The position numbers were made by a program, and so were the translations under genes. This document shows positions 54,859 to 63,255 of a DNA stretch of 64,000 nucleotides, in pieces. The notes beneath the pieces are model-generated. The model had not been told where the DNA came from and ran no database searches. It saw only the letters and a program-made list of their open reading frames with translations. The DNA comes from a virus. Its lineage: Duplodnaviria > Caudoviricetes. The stretch lies in IMG/VR virus record IMGVR_UViG_3300031555_003626, positions 32,001 through 96,000 of that record. The stretch is one strand, 5' to 3'. Numbering within the stretch: the first letter of the stretch is position 1; every line of letters starts with the position of its first letter.

Positions 54859-55779
54859 ATGCTAGATTTTACAAATACAGATTATATAATTTTTATTGAG
54901 TCTATAATTAACAATAGAGGACAGTGGTCGGATGGTCTATCTCATTGGGAAGGTCATCACATTATTCCTACTAGCTACGGAGGAGAGGGTCGTACTAAAG
55001 ATAGACACCCTAATATCATTAGACTAACTCCGGGTGAACACTTTAAGGCACATAAGCTATTAGCTTTAGACTTTCCAGAAATTCCAGCTTTCGCCCAAGC
55101 ATTTTATATAATGGCTAATACATTTAAAGTTAATAGTTCTTGGAGTAATAAAAGGTCTTTTGATATTTCAGAAGAAGACTTTGAACTTGCTCGAACTCTG
55201 TACTTAGAAGCCGTACGAAAAGACCCAGCTATATCGGGTAATGGCATTAGAGGACGTAAAGCTGTTTATAATGAAAAATTAAATATTAAAAAATATATCT
55301 TTCCTGAAGAGCTAGAGACATTTTTATTAGAAAATACTGACTGGCGTCTCGGTGGACCAAGGCACACAGAAGAAGAGCTAGCTAAGATGAGCTTGAAACT
55401 ATCAGGAACTAATAATCCTAGGTCAGGCTGTAAGTTTACTGACGAAATGAAAGAGAAAGCACATAATACTAGAAATGGTAAGAAGTGGTTTACTAATGGG
55501 CTCACTGATGTATATTGTCTACCAGAAGAAGCCCCTGAAGGTTATCGCTTAGGTGCTACTCATCAAAGTCGAGCCGGAGCAGCTAATCCAATGTACGGAA
55601 AGACCTCAGCCACAGGTAGAAAAGTTAAGTGCTTAAATACTGGAGAGATATTTGAGTCTAAGCGTAAGGCTAGTTTTGCATTACCTATAAGTATCCCAAT
55701 GATCGATAGGTCTATTATTAGTAAGGGTCCTGTAAAGAATAGGGCAGGTGATCTTTATCAGTTTGAATATGTTGACTGA
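54859..55779 (+). mobile_element. free-standing HNH homing endonuclease gene with NUMOD3/NUMOD1-like modules
   Basis: EGHHIIP.SYGG...NIIRLTPGEHFKAHKLL; HTEEELAKMS, NPMYGK, KVKCLNTGEIFES. Confidence 0.8.
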
Positions 55780-56206
55780 AGCTAACTCCGAGCAATCCTT
55801 CGAGATCTCTAAGGAAGCCAGGGAACTCGGGTTAGTAATAAGATACGATACTATAGAGTACAGAGGGGAAACTCTAAACTTCCTCTCTGATCCATCGGGT
55901 CATCAATGCTTTGCTCAGTGGAGAGGGAAGCTGGTAGACCTAGGGCTTAACAACATCTACTACAAAGAAGACATATGTAAGTTCGTGGATCGTGAACTCG
56001 ACCTGATTACTGACTTCTGTAATTGCCCGGATTTCGCCGGTGCGAAATTAGAGTATTTTCATAATGGAGATTTCCGGGATATCAGACTCTGCTACAAAGG
56101 TAGGATACTTAAAATCTTCTTAGTTGCCGGCGAAGTAAACGAGATTGCGCTAATTTCAGAATCGGAGAAGTTGTTAAGAAAGTCTGGGTTACTTGACGAA
56201 ATTTAA
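55769..56206 (+). CDS. hypothetical protein
   Basis: ORF overlapping the HNH stop; start uncertain (55748 or 55769). Confidence 0.6.
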   Translation: MLTEANSEQSFEISKEARELGLVIRYDTIEYRGETLNFLSDPSGHQCFAQWRGKLVDLGLNNIYYKEDICKFVDRELDLITDFCNCPDFAGAKLEYFHNGDFRDIRLCYKGRILKIFLVAGEVNEIALISESEKLLRKSGLLDEI

Positions 56207-56219
56207 GTAATTTCAATTT

Positions 56220-56228
56220 GCTAAATTA
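56220..56228 (+). promoter_or_regulatory. putative late promoter GCTAAATTA
   Basis: Recurrent motif. Confidence 0.6.
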
Positions 56229-56255
56229 TGTGATTAATCTTTAAGGAGAATATAA

Positions 56256-57164
56256 ATGGTAACATATATTTATTTTGTAAAGTGCCCTAACTGTGAGGAT
56301 GAGCCCTTCGACTTCTTTGACGAAGCTAAGGCATTTGCTATGGGCTGCATGAACCAGAAGCCTGTTATTAATCAAATTGAGGTTAATAGAAATGATTTTG
56401 GCGAGTGTACTGACTCTTGTGATCTTGGAACAGTTTGGTCTTGGGAAGATGCTGTAGGTAAGGAAACTGAAGCAGAACCCGCAGTATCTGTTTTTAATAA
56501 AGGTGACTTTGGGAAGTATACAGATGATTCTGAGTTCGATGATGATGAATTCTACTTTAGTAACGGACTTGTAGAAGAAGTTGCACCTACGAGATTTTCA
56601 TTTAAGAATAAAGCAGATCAAGAAGAGTTCTTTAAGCTCTGCCGCGAAATTGGTATAATTACAGGTGCAGACCTTCGTAAGTTTATAGACGAGAACGATG
56701 CTGACGACTCTAACCTTCTTGATAAGCTCAGAGAATATAGAGCTGAACTTGGTGATGACTTTAAGATTGCTGAGTGCGCTAAAAAGCCGATTCCAGAAGG
56801 AATGACTATCGAGCAGCTAGTAGAAGAGATGGAAGAGAATGAGGATACAGTTGAGTGTACCTGGTGTAATGACCTTTTTGATAAGAGTGAGTGTCGTAAG
56901 GAAGTAGATCTCGGTTGGCTTTGTAGTAGATGTGAGATGGCTATAAAGTCTAGAGGTGAGACTCTTACTTTCAGAGAAGGAAATTATTGGGATTTCCTTG
57001 ATGAAGAAGTAGAAGAGGTTCATGATCTCGGTAATGAGTATGATGGTGGTTATCCTGCCGAAACTCCAGAAGTTTCAGATTCTCACCTAAAGTTCTGTCC
57101 CGAGTGTGGAAAAGAAACCTTTGATATTGAAACCGGAATTTGCATAGAATGCGGATTTAATTAA
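56256..57164 (+). CDS. acidic multi-zinc-ribbon protein
   Basis: CPNC, CTWC...CSRC and CPEC...CIEC; LVEE, IAEC and LDEE sites between modules. Confidence 0.7.
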   Translation: MVTYIYFVKCPNCEDEPFDFFDEAKAFAMGCMNQKPVINQIEVNRNDFGECTDSCDLGTVWSWEDAVGKETEAEPAVSVFNKGDFGKYTDDSEFDDDEFYFSNGLVEEVAPTRFSFKNKADQEEFFKLCREIGIITGADLRKFIDENDADDSNLLDKLREYRAELGDDFKIAECAKKPIPEGMTIEQLVEEMEENEDTVECTWCNDLFDKSECRKEVDLGWLCSRCEMAIKSRGETLTFREGNYWDFLDEEVEEVHDLGNEYDGGYPAETPEVSDSHLKFCPECGKETFDIETGICIECGFN

Positions 57165-57168
57165 TTTT

Positions 57169-57179
57169 TATCGTATAAT
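57169..57179 (+). promoter_or_regulatory. putative second-class promoter TATCGTATAAT
   Basis: Recurrent 11-mer. Confidence 0.5.
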
Positions 57180-57251
57180 ATAAAGTCGGATAGTTGAGAG
57201 GACTGCTGTCCGGCTTAATATAAAAAATAACAAAAAGGATTGGTATTTAAA

Positions 57252-57776
57252 ATGAAAAAGAACAACGTAACTATTGAAAAAAGTGGCGAGCAGACCTATT
57301 CTTACTACTCGAGAGTACTTCAGAAACCTTTTGATTCTATTGAAGAGCTCACTGCTGCCGAAGCCGAGTACTGTGAAGCACGAAAGGCTAAGGAAGATGC
57401 AGCTGCTCAGAAGAAAGCTGATGCTAAGAAAGTAGAAGATGCTTTTAAGTCACTCAATGCTGCACGTAAGGTTTATAAGGAAGATCTTACTCAGCTTACT
57501 AAGGAATATGCTGAAGCTCTTGAGAATCTTAAGAAAGCTTATGAGCTTGGCAAGAAAGACATTGCTAACAAGCTCGCTGATGCAGAGGCTGCTTTCGATG
57601 AAGCTCTCAAGGCTTTTCAGGCAAAGTATGAGAATTATCACATGACTCTTAGGGATGGCGACTTTGAGACTACTATCAGCAGCCAGGTAAACTCTAATGC
57701 TAAGGCCCAGCCTGCAGCAGATGTTTCTAAGCTTGCTGACAGCATCTTTAACGTGCTGTTTGGTTGGTATAATTAA
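57252..57776 (+). CDS. coiled-coil protein
   Basis: Ala/Lys/Glu-rich; codon bias similar to the capsid gene. Confidence 0.75.
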   Translation: MKKNNVTIEKSGEQTYSYYSRVLQKPFDSIEELTAAEAEYCEARKAKEDAAAQKKADAKKVEDAFKSLNAARKVYKEDLTQLTKEYAEALENLKKAYELGKKDIANKLADAEAAFDEALKAFQAKYENYHMTLRDGDFETTISSQVNSNAKAQPAADVSKLADSIFNVLFGWYN

Positions 57777-57839
57777 TTTGCATAAAAATTATTGAGACAA
57801 TTTGAGAAATTTCAAATTATTTATCGTATAATATAATAT

Positions 57840-57910
57840 AAGAGAAAACTCTTATACAAGTTTCCTCCTTTGTTCGTTGCGCTGGATGTTTCCTCCCGTC
57901 CAGCGCTTTT
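57840..57910 (+). ncRNA. candidate small RNA with two anti-Shine-Dalgarno motifs
   Basis: Promoter motif at 57822; TTTCCTCC at 57861 and in the loop (57889) of a 10-bp terminator hairpin. Confidence 0.5.
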
Positions 57911-57939
57911 ATTTTAATTATTATAAGGAATAGCTAAAA

Positions 57940-58323
57940 ATGCAAGATAAAGAAGCACAAGAACTTTTATTAAAAATATTAGAGTATGCAGAAGAAGGGA
58001 AATTGATCCAATTTCAGTTAATCACTACCTGGCATGATTTTATAAGTTATTGGAAGGATTATAGATCCACTAAGTTAGTTATTAAGATGTTAACGAAAGC
58101 AGCAGCTAATCTTTTTAAAACTTACTGTAAAGAAGTGTCGACCGGGTCGACGGACTTTACTAAACTCCTTGCTTACTCCCAACTCCAAGATGTTATAGCT
58201 TTCTACGAGAGGGACTTGGATACTCTAAAGCGAATGTTAGATGAATACGATGAGTATCTTGGTCACGGACATTTTTGGTTTTCTTTTTTAGGAGGTACAC
58301 GAGATATATGGAACACCCACTAA
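57940..58323 (+). CDS. hypothetical protein
   Basis: AAGGA RBS; 127 aa. Confidence 0.65.
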   Translation: MQDKEAQELLLKILEYAEEGKLIQFQLITTWHDFISYWKDYRSTKLVIKMLTKAAANLFKTYCKEVSTGSTDFTKLLAYSQLQDVIAFYERDLDTLKRMLDEYDEYLGHGHFWFSFLGGTRDIWNTH

Positions 58324-58532
58324 CCAGTTTATTTCATGCTTTGGCTGAATCTGATAATCCACCGATAATCGAACTGCTTGATATAAACAAAAAACCCGTT
58401 GGAGCCATTTATTTTAAGGATTTTAAATATAAAAACTTTATAGTGACAGAAACGAATAGTTCAGAAAAGTATTATTTGTATGCTGACGGCTTGGGAATTT
58501 ATTTTTCATATCATCAAAAAATACACGCTTAA
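58308..58532 (+). CDS. hypothetical protein
   Basis: AGGAGG RBS before ATG 58308. Confidence 0.55.
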   Translation: MEHPLTSLFHALAESDNPPIIELLDINKKPVGAIYFKDFKYKNFIVTETNSSEKYYLYADGLGIYFSYHQKIHA

Positions 58533-58547
58533 TATCGTATAATATAG

Positions 58548-58622
58548 TAGGGTGAGTGCGAGTAGATGATGTGTCATTGGCATCGGGGGCGATGAGGTAA
58601 AACTCGTCGTCCCACTCCTTTT
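58548..58622 (+). ncRNA. candidate structured RNA upstream of nrdD
   Basis: Promoter motif at 58533; 11-bp stem 58586-58596/58603-58613; GATG/CATC and GAGT/ACTC stems; T tract. Confidence 0.4.
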
Positions 58623-58648
58623 ATAGGCAGAAATTAGCCTTAGAATCA

Positions 58649-58657
58649 GCTAAATTA
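58649..58657 (+). promoter_or_regulatory. GCTAAATTA motif upstream of nrdD
   Basis: Recurrent motif. Confidence 0.5.
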
Positions 58658-58708
58658 ATTACAGAGCAGAAGGCTCTTAGACATAAAAATTGAGGAAAGG
58701 TATTAGTT

Positions 58709-60913
58709 ATGCAAAGAGTTATTAAGCGTGATGGCAGAGAAGTTGAGTTCGATAAGATGAAGATTATCGAAGCAATTTCACATGCTAATCAGGAAGTCAT
58801 TAAATCAAAGCAGATCAGCAGAAGAAAGATTGATCAGCTTGCAGATATCGTAGAAGAGAAGTGTAGTGTATATAAGCGCGCAATAAAGGTCGAAGATATT
58901 AACGACCTAATTGAAGACGAACTTATCTTCCGAAATTATAACAATCTCGTTCGCGCATTTATTAAATACAGACATAATAAAGAGTTAGTAAGAAAATCTA
59001 ATACTACCGATGATTCGATTCTCAGCTTAATTAATCTTAGCAATGAGGAACTTAAGCAGGAGAATGCAAATAAGAATCCGGTAATTAACTCTACACAGAG
59101 AGACTACATGGCAGGAGAAGTATCTAAGGACCTTACACGCAGACTTCTTCTACCTAAAGATGTAGTGAAGGCACATGACGAAGGTACAATTCATTTCCAT
59201 GACATGGACTACTTCGCGCAGAGACTACATAACTGCGATCTAGTTGCCCTAGATGACATGCTTCAGAACGGTACTGTAATCAGCGGTACTCTTATTGAGA
59301 AGCCACATAGTTTTTCTACTGCGTGTAATGTAGCTACACAGATAGTTGCGCAGGTAAGTAGTAATCAGTATGGTGGTCAGTCAATCACCCTCTCCCACCT
59401 GGCACCTTTTGTAGACATTAGCCGTAAGAAGATCAGAGCTGAGGTTGAAGAAGAGCTTAAATCTTTGGATCAGTATAGCCGAACTCTGTTGGCAGCTGAC
59501 ATTACAGAAAAGCGAGTTCGCGCAGAAGTAAAGCGTGGAGTACAGACGATCCAGTATCAGGTCAATACCCTACTCACTACTAATGGCCAGGCACCTTTCA
59601 TTACCGTGTTTATGTACCTCAACGAAGTAGAAGACGAGCAGACTAAAAAAGACCTGGCGATGATCATCGAGGAAGTTCTTCTTCAGAGATATGAGGGAGT
59701 TAAGAATGAGAAAGGTGTTTGGATCACACCGGCTTTCCCGAAACTCATCTATGTTCTAGAAGAAGATAACATACGAGAGGGAACTGACTACTGGTATCTT
59801 ACGAAGCTTGCTGCTAAATGCTCAGCTAAGCGACTTGTTCCTGACTATATTAGTGAGAAGATCATGAAGGAACTTAAGGAAGGTTCCTGCTTCGCACCTA
59901 TGGGTTGTAGAAGCTGCCTGTCTCCTTGGTATGACGAGAATGGAAAAGCAAAGTATTGGGGTAGATTTAATAAGGGAGTAGTTACTGTTAACTTAGTAGA
60001 TGTAGCTTGCTCGGCAACCGGCGAAAACTATTCTAAAGACATGGATAGCTTCTGGAAGACATTTGATGAAGTACTTGAACTCTGTCATAAAGCCTTGCTT
60101 TGCCGCTATGAAAGACTCAAAGGTACTATCAGTGATGTTGCTCCAGTACTCTGGCAGCATGGTGCTATCGCTCGACTTAAGAAAGGTGAGACAATTGATA
60201 AGCTTCTTACTGGTGGATACTCTACTATCTCACTCGGATATGCCGGACTTTGGGAATGCGTTAAAGAACTGACCGGTAAGGACCTGCTTTCTGAGGAAGG
60301 TCAGGAACTCGGACTAGAGATCCTCAGACATATGAATGAGAAGTGTGATGAGTGGAATGAAGAACTTAATCTTGGATTCGGAATCTACGGTACCCCTCTC
60401 GAGAGTACTACTTATAAGTTCGCTAGATGCTTGCAGAAGCGCTGGGGCGAAATCCCCGGAGTTTCGGATCGCAACTATGTCACCAACAGTTATCATGTTC
60501 ATGTAGAAACTCCTATTGATCCGTTTAAGAAGCTTGAGGTAGAAGCTAAGTTCCAGAGACTTTCTAAAGGCGGTGCAATCAGCTACATCGAAAGTGCTAA
60601 TCTTGAGAATAATCTCGAAGCGGCTCTGACTATTATCCAGTATATCTACGATCATATCATGTACGCTGAGATTAATACTAAGTCAGATTACTGTCATGAG
60701 TGCGGCTGGGATCGAGAAATTCTTATCGAAGAAGATGAATCTGGTAAGCTTATCTGGAAGTGCCCTAACTGTGGAAATACAGATAGAGACCGTATGAATA
60801 TTGCGCGTAGAGTCTGTGGCTATATTTCTGCACAAAACTTTAATCAAGGAAGAACCGCAGAGATTAGAGACCGCTATGTTCACCTAGATTGTCATGAGTG
60901 TGGTTGCGAATGA
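58709..60913 (+). CDS. nrdD: anaerobic (class III) ribonucleotide reductase with ATP cone
   Basis: VIKRDGREVEFD ATP cone, IHFHDMD, MGCRS, YVTNSYH and the glycyl-radical motif RVCGY. Confidence 0.96.
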   Translation: MQRVIKRDGREVEFDKMKIIEAISHANQEVIKSKQISRRKIDQLADIVEEKCSVYKRAIKVEDINDLIEDELIFRNYNNLVRAFIKYRHNKELVRKSNTTDDSILSLINLSNEELKQENANKNPVINSTQRDYMAGEVSKDLTRRLLLPKDVVKAHDEGTIHFHDMDYFAQRLHNCDLVALDDMLQNGTVISGTLIEKPHSFSTACNVATQIVAQVSSNQYGGQSITLSHLAPFVDISRKKIRAEVEEELKSLDQYSRTLLAADITEKRVRAEVKRGVQTIQYQVNTLLTTNGQAPFITVFMYLNEVEDEQTKKDLAMIIEEVLLQRYEGVKNEKGVWITPAFPKLIYVLEEDNIREGTDYWYLTKLAAKCSAKRLVPDYISEKIMKELKEGSCFAPMGCRSCLSPWYDENGKAKYWGRFNKGVVTVNLVDVACSATGENYSKDMDSFWKTFDEVLELCHKALLCRYERLKGTISDVAPVLWQHGAIARLKKGETIDKLLTGGYSTISLGYAGLWECVKELTGKDLLSEEGQELGLEILRHMNEKCDEWNEELNLGFGIYGTPLESTTYKFARCLQKRWGEIPGVSDRNYVTNSYHVHVETPIDPFKKLEVEAKFQRLSKGGAISYIESANLENNLEAALTIIQYIYDHIMYAEINTKSDYCHECGWDREILIEEDESGKLIWKCPNCGNTDRDRMNIARRVCGYISAQNFNQGRTAEIRDRYVHLDCHECGCE

Positions 60914-61398
60914 ACTACAATGTAATTAGACAATTGGACATTGCTAACGGACCTGGCTGTAGGGTATCCCTGTTTGTTCAGGGATGCACCTTCAACTGCC
61001 CGGGCTGCTTTAACACAGTCGCTAGAGACTTTGAAGGTGGTAAGGAGTTCACGGATCAAACCATGGACCTTCTTCTAGAACTCGCTAAGCCAGATCACAT
61101 TAGCGGACTGAGTATCCTAGGTGGTGAACCACTACATCCTAGAAACAGAACAGACGTTCTAGACCTAGTAAAGAAGTTTAAGGAAGTGTATCCCAATAAA
61201 ACTGTCTGGATCTGGACCGGCTATCTTTGGGAAGAAGTAGCTGATGACATTATTGGATCCGGGGTTGATGTAGTCGTAGATGGTAAGTTTGTAGAAGAGC
61301 TTAAGGACCTCAGGCTAAAGTATCGCGGCTCTTCGAACCAAAGAGTTATAGATGTTCAGACTTCCCTTAAAAATGATAATATAACATTATATGAATAA
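60910..61398 (+). CDS. nrdG: NrdD activating radical SAM protein
   Basis: DIANGPGCRVSLFVQGCTFNCPGC, GGEP, RGSSNQR. Confidence 0.95.
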   Translation: MNYNVIRQLDIANGPGCRVSLFVQGCTFNCPGCFNTVARDFEGGKEFTDQTMDLLLELAKPDHISGLSILGGEPLHPRNRTDVLDLVKKFKEVYPNKTVWIWTGYLWEEVADDIIGSGVDVVVDGKFVEELKDLRLKYRGSSNQRVIDVQTSLKNDNITLYE

Positions 61399-61478
61399 AA
61401 AGACATAACGTTTGCTACAATTGACAAAATCCGACATTTTGTTTAATTTAACAAACGTTATTTTTTATTATTAGGCTA

Positions 61479-61507
61479 TTTACAAATATTACCAACTATG
61501 TTATTAT
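61479..61507 (+). promoter_or_regulatory. sigmaA-type (early) promoter
   Basis: TTTACA-17 nt-TATTAT with TG extension. Confidence 0.6.
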
Positions 61508-61545
61508 TAACTTATCAACTTAATAATTCATTAGGAGGCAGCATT

Positions 61546-61896
61546 ATGAGTATAGTAAAGGACTTATTAACTAAGGAAGAACAAAGGTCAGTACATAGAA
61601 TGTTAGAGATTCTACCGGAGGATGCTCCATTGTGTTATGAAGTGTGGGCTATTGGATACTATAATAGAAGAGTAACTGATAATACTTTCTTACTTAGAGT
61701 TTTTACAGACCCTGAAGATGCTATAGAGTATGCGAAGACTGAAGCACCACAGGAACTCAGGCGGATTCTACTTGAAGCTGACCTTACTGAGTTTAATGCT
61801 GTCGCCCTTGAGGTTGAGACAGTTATTGATGATAATGAAGAAGGCACCATAAATATATGTACTTTATATAAAAAGATGTTTATTATTAAATCCTAA
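61546..61896 (+). CDS. hypothetical protein, paralogue of 63256..63849
   Basis: YEVWAIGY...F.DP..AI...EVETV...EGTIN is shared. Confidence 0.75.
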   Translation: MSIVKDLLTKEEQRSVHRMLEILPEDAPLCYEVWAIGYYNRRVTDNTFLLRVFTDPEDAIEYAKTEAPQELRRILLEADLTEFNAVALEVETVIDDNEEGTINICTLYKKMFIIKS

Positions 61897-61920
61897 CAGA
61901 AAATGTTAGGATTTTTTCTT
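61889..61920 (+). terminator. intrinsic terminator
   Basis: AATCCTAACA/TGTTAGGATT plus T run. Confidence 0.7.
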
Positions 61921-61941
61921 TATCTTTGGTAGTTTTGTCAG

Positions 61942-61970
61942 TTTACAAATTTAATAAAATATGTTATAAT
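61942..61970 (+). promoter_or_regulatory. sigmaA-type (early) promoter
   Basis: TTTACA-17 nt-TATAAT with TG extension. Confidence 0.7.
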
Positions 61971-62002
61971 ATAAATGTAAGAAACCTAAGGAGAAATTTA
62001 AA

Positions 62003-62320
62003 ATGAAAACTTGTTTTATTATCTATGAGGATTACGACAGCGGTGAAAACTTTCTTATTCACTGGGTGGGTCAGCATTCGTCTGTGGCTCAGATAACTTT
62101 TCACAACAAAGTTCAGGAGTTCTTTGACCGTGAGCCTGATGATGTATCTAATATTTATTTGGCCAGCCTGATGAATATCTCAGATGCAGATTACAGTCTA
62201 ATCTGTAGACTTGTTGAAGCTGAGCTCTCTGATGATGGAATCGAGTGGCTTAATGAGCTTCTGACCAGTGAATCGCCTAACTATATTTGTTTAGATGTAC
62301 GTAATGGCTTGGATAGCTGA
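62003..62320 (+). CDS. hypothetical protein
   Basis: AAGGAG RBS. Confidence 0.7.
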   Translation: MKTCFIIYEDYDSGENFLIHWVGQHSSVAQITFHNKVQEFFDREPDDVSNIYLASLMNISDADYSLICRLVEAELSDDGIEWLNELLTSESPNYICLDVRNGLDS

Positions 62321-62334
62321 GGAGGATAAGGCCA

Positions 62335-62517
62335 ATGAAACAGAAGACACATATAATTAAAATGAAGAAACCTGATAATATCATTACTGTTAATGTTGAT
62401 ATTATGTCTGTTCCTAACCCGGACAGAAAATATTCGAGACTTAGAAATAAGGCTCAGGTCTTTGATGACCGCAGATACCGCAAACCCAAATATAAGAAAA
62501 ACTACTTGGAGGATTAA
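62335..62517 (+). CDS. small basic protein
   Basis: GGAGG RBS; K/R-rich C-terminus. Confidence 0.65.
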   Translation: MKQKTHIIKMKKPDNIITVNVDIMSVPNPDRKYSRLRNKAQVFDDRRYRKPKYKKNYLED

Positions 62518-62519
62518 CT

Positions 62520-62819
62520 GTGATTACATATAAGATTCATCAGATTAAGGACATAGCAAATACAGACTACGCTTTCCGTGGCTGGGATCCTAAGAAGTTT
62601 AACTTCTCAGATTATGAGTGCCGCTACGAAGGCGAGTTCACCGATGACACGAAGACAGCTACCGAAATTTGCGAGGTTATCTTCTATCTATTTAATATGT
62701 GTCGCCCGAAAGACTTTAACGGACATTCCCTCTCGATGAGTGATATTATCGAGATTGATACTGGCGTAAGTCAGAGACTCTATTATTGTGATATGTGCGG
62801 CTGGCAACGAATTAAATAA
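62520..62819 (+). CDS. YodL-domain protein
   Basis: YAFRG, DY...YEG, IFYLFN..RPKDFNGHSLSMSDII, YYCD..GW. Confidence 0.8.
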   Translation: MITYKIHQIKDIANTDYAFRGWDPKKFNFSDYECRYEGEFTDDTKTATEICEVIFYLFNMCRPKDFNGHSLSMSDIIEIDTGVSQRLYYCDMCGWQRIK

Positions 62820-62935
62820 ATATCAATAATTTGTTTACAATTTGTTAGCACATTATATAATAAAACATGTTATAATAAATATAGTAAGTTCAATGAACAA
62901 ACTAATTACTTAAATTAAATTTTGGAGGAACTAAC

Positions 62936-63229
62936 ATGTACACACCTGAAACCCAGAAGAAAGTAGAAGACCACCTTCTCGCAACCCACGTTTCTAACAA
63001 CCCTGACTTTGAGTCTGCTTGTATGTCTGGCGACGGACTTCAGATAATGTCTATCGTCGAAGCTGAGATGGAAAAGAATAATATGTTTACTAAAGGCTCT
63101 AAGAAACTTCAGGCCGACATTATCAAAATGCTTCAGGGTCGGTCGAGAGTATCATCTTCAGTCGGACAGCGAGTTCTGATGTTTGTTTGGAACTCGAGAG
63201 CATCGGGTATTGGACTTGCAGTTAACTAA
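62936..63229 (+). CDS. hypothetical protein
   Basis: GGAGG RBS; TTTACA and TATAAT boxes at 62834-62876. Confidence 0.7.
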   Translation: MYTPETQKKVEDHLLATHVSNNPDFESACMSGDGLQIMSIVEAEMEKNNMFTKGSKKLQADIIKMLQGRSRVSSSVGQRVLMFVWNSRASGIGLAVN

Positions 63230-63255
63230 TTTAAATACTTTTGGAGGATAATAAA

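Noticed and set aside
54798-55779. Group I intron around the HNH gene
   Set aside because: The helicase has all motifs and ends before it; the flanks are too short for an intron core.
57821-57871. Minus-strand 12-aa ORF (MYKSFLLYYIIR) after AAGGAGG, as a type I toxin
   Set aside because: SD-to-TTG spacing is very short, and promoter and terminator polarity favour a + strand RNA; not fully excluded.
58560-58620. Hammerhead ribozyme or tRNA
   Set aside because: No CUGAUGA/GAAA core and no cloverleaf or T-loop. No tRNA was recognised anywhere in the window.
62335-62517. ArfA-like ribosome rescue factor
   Set aside because: Only generic basic composition; the KGKGSY motif is absent.
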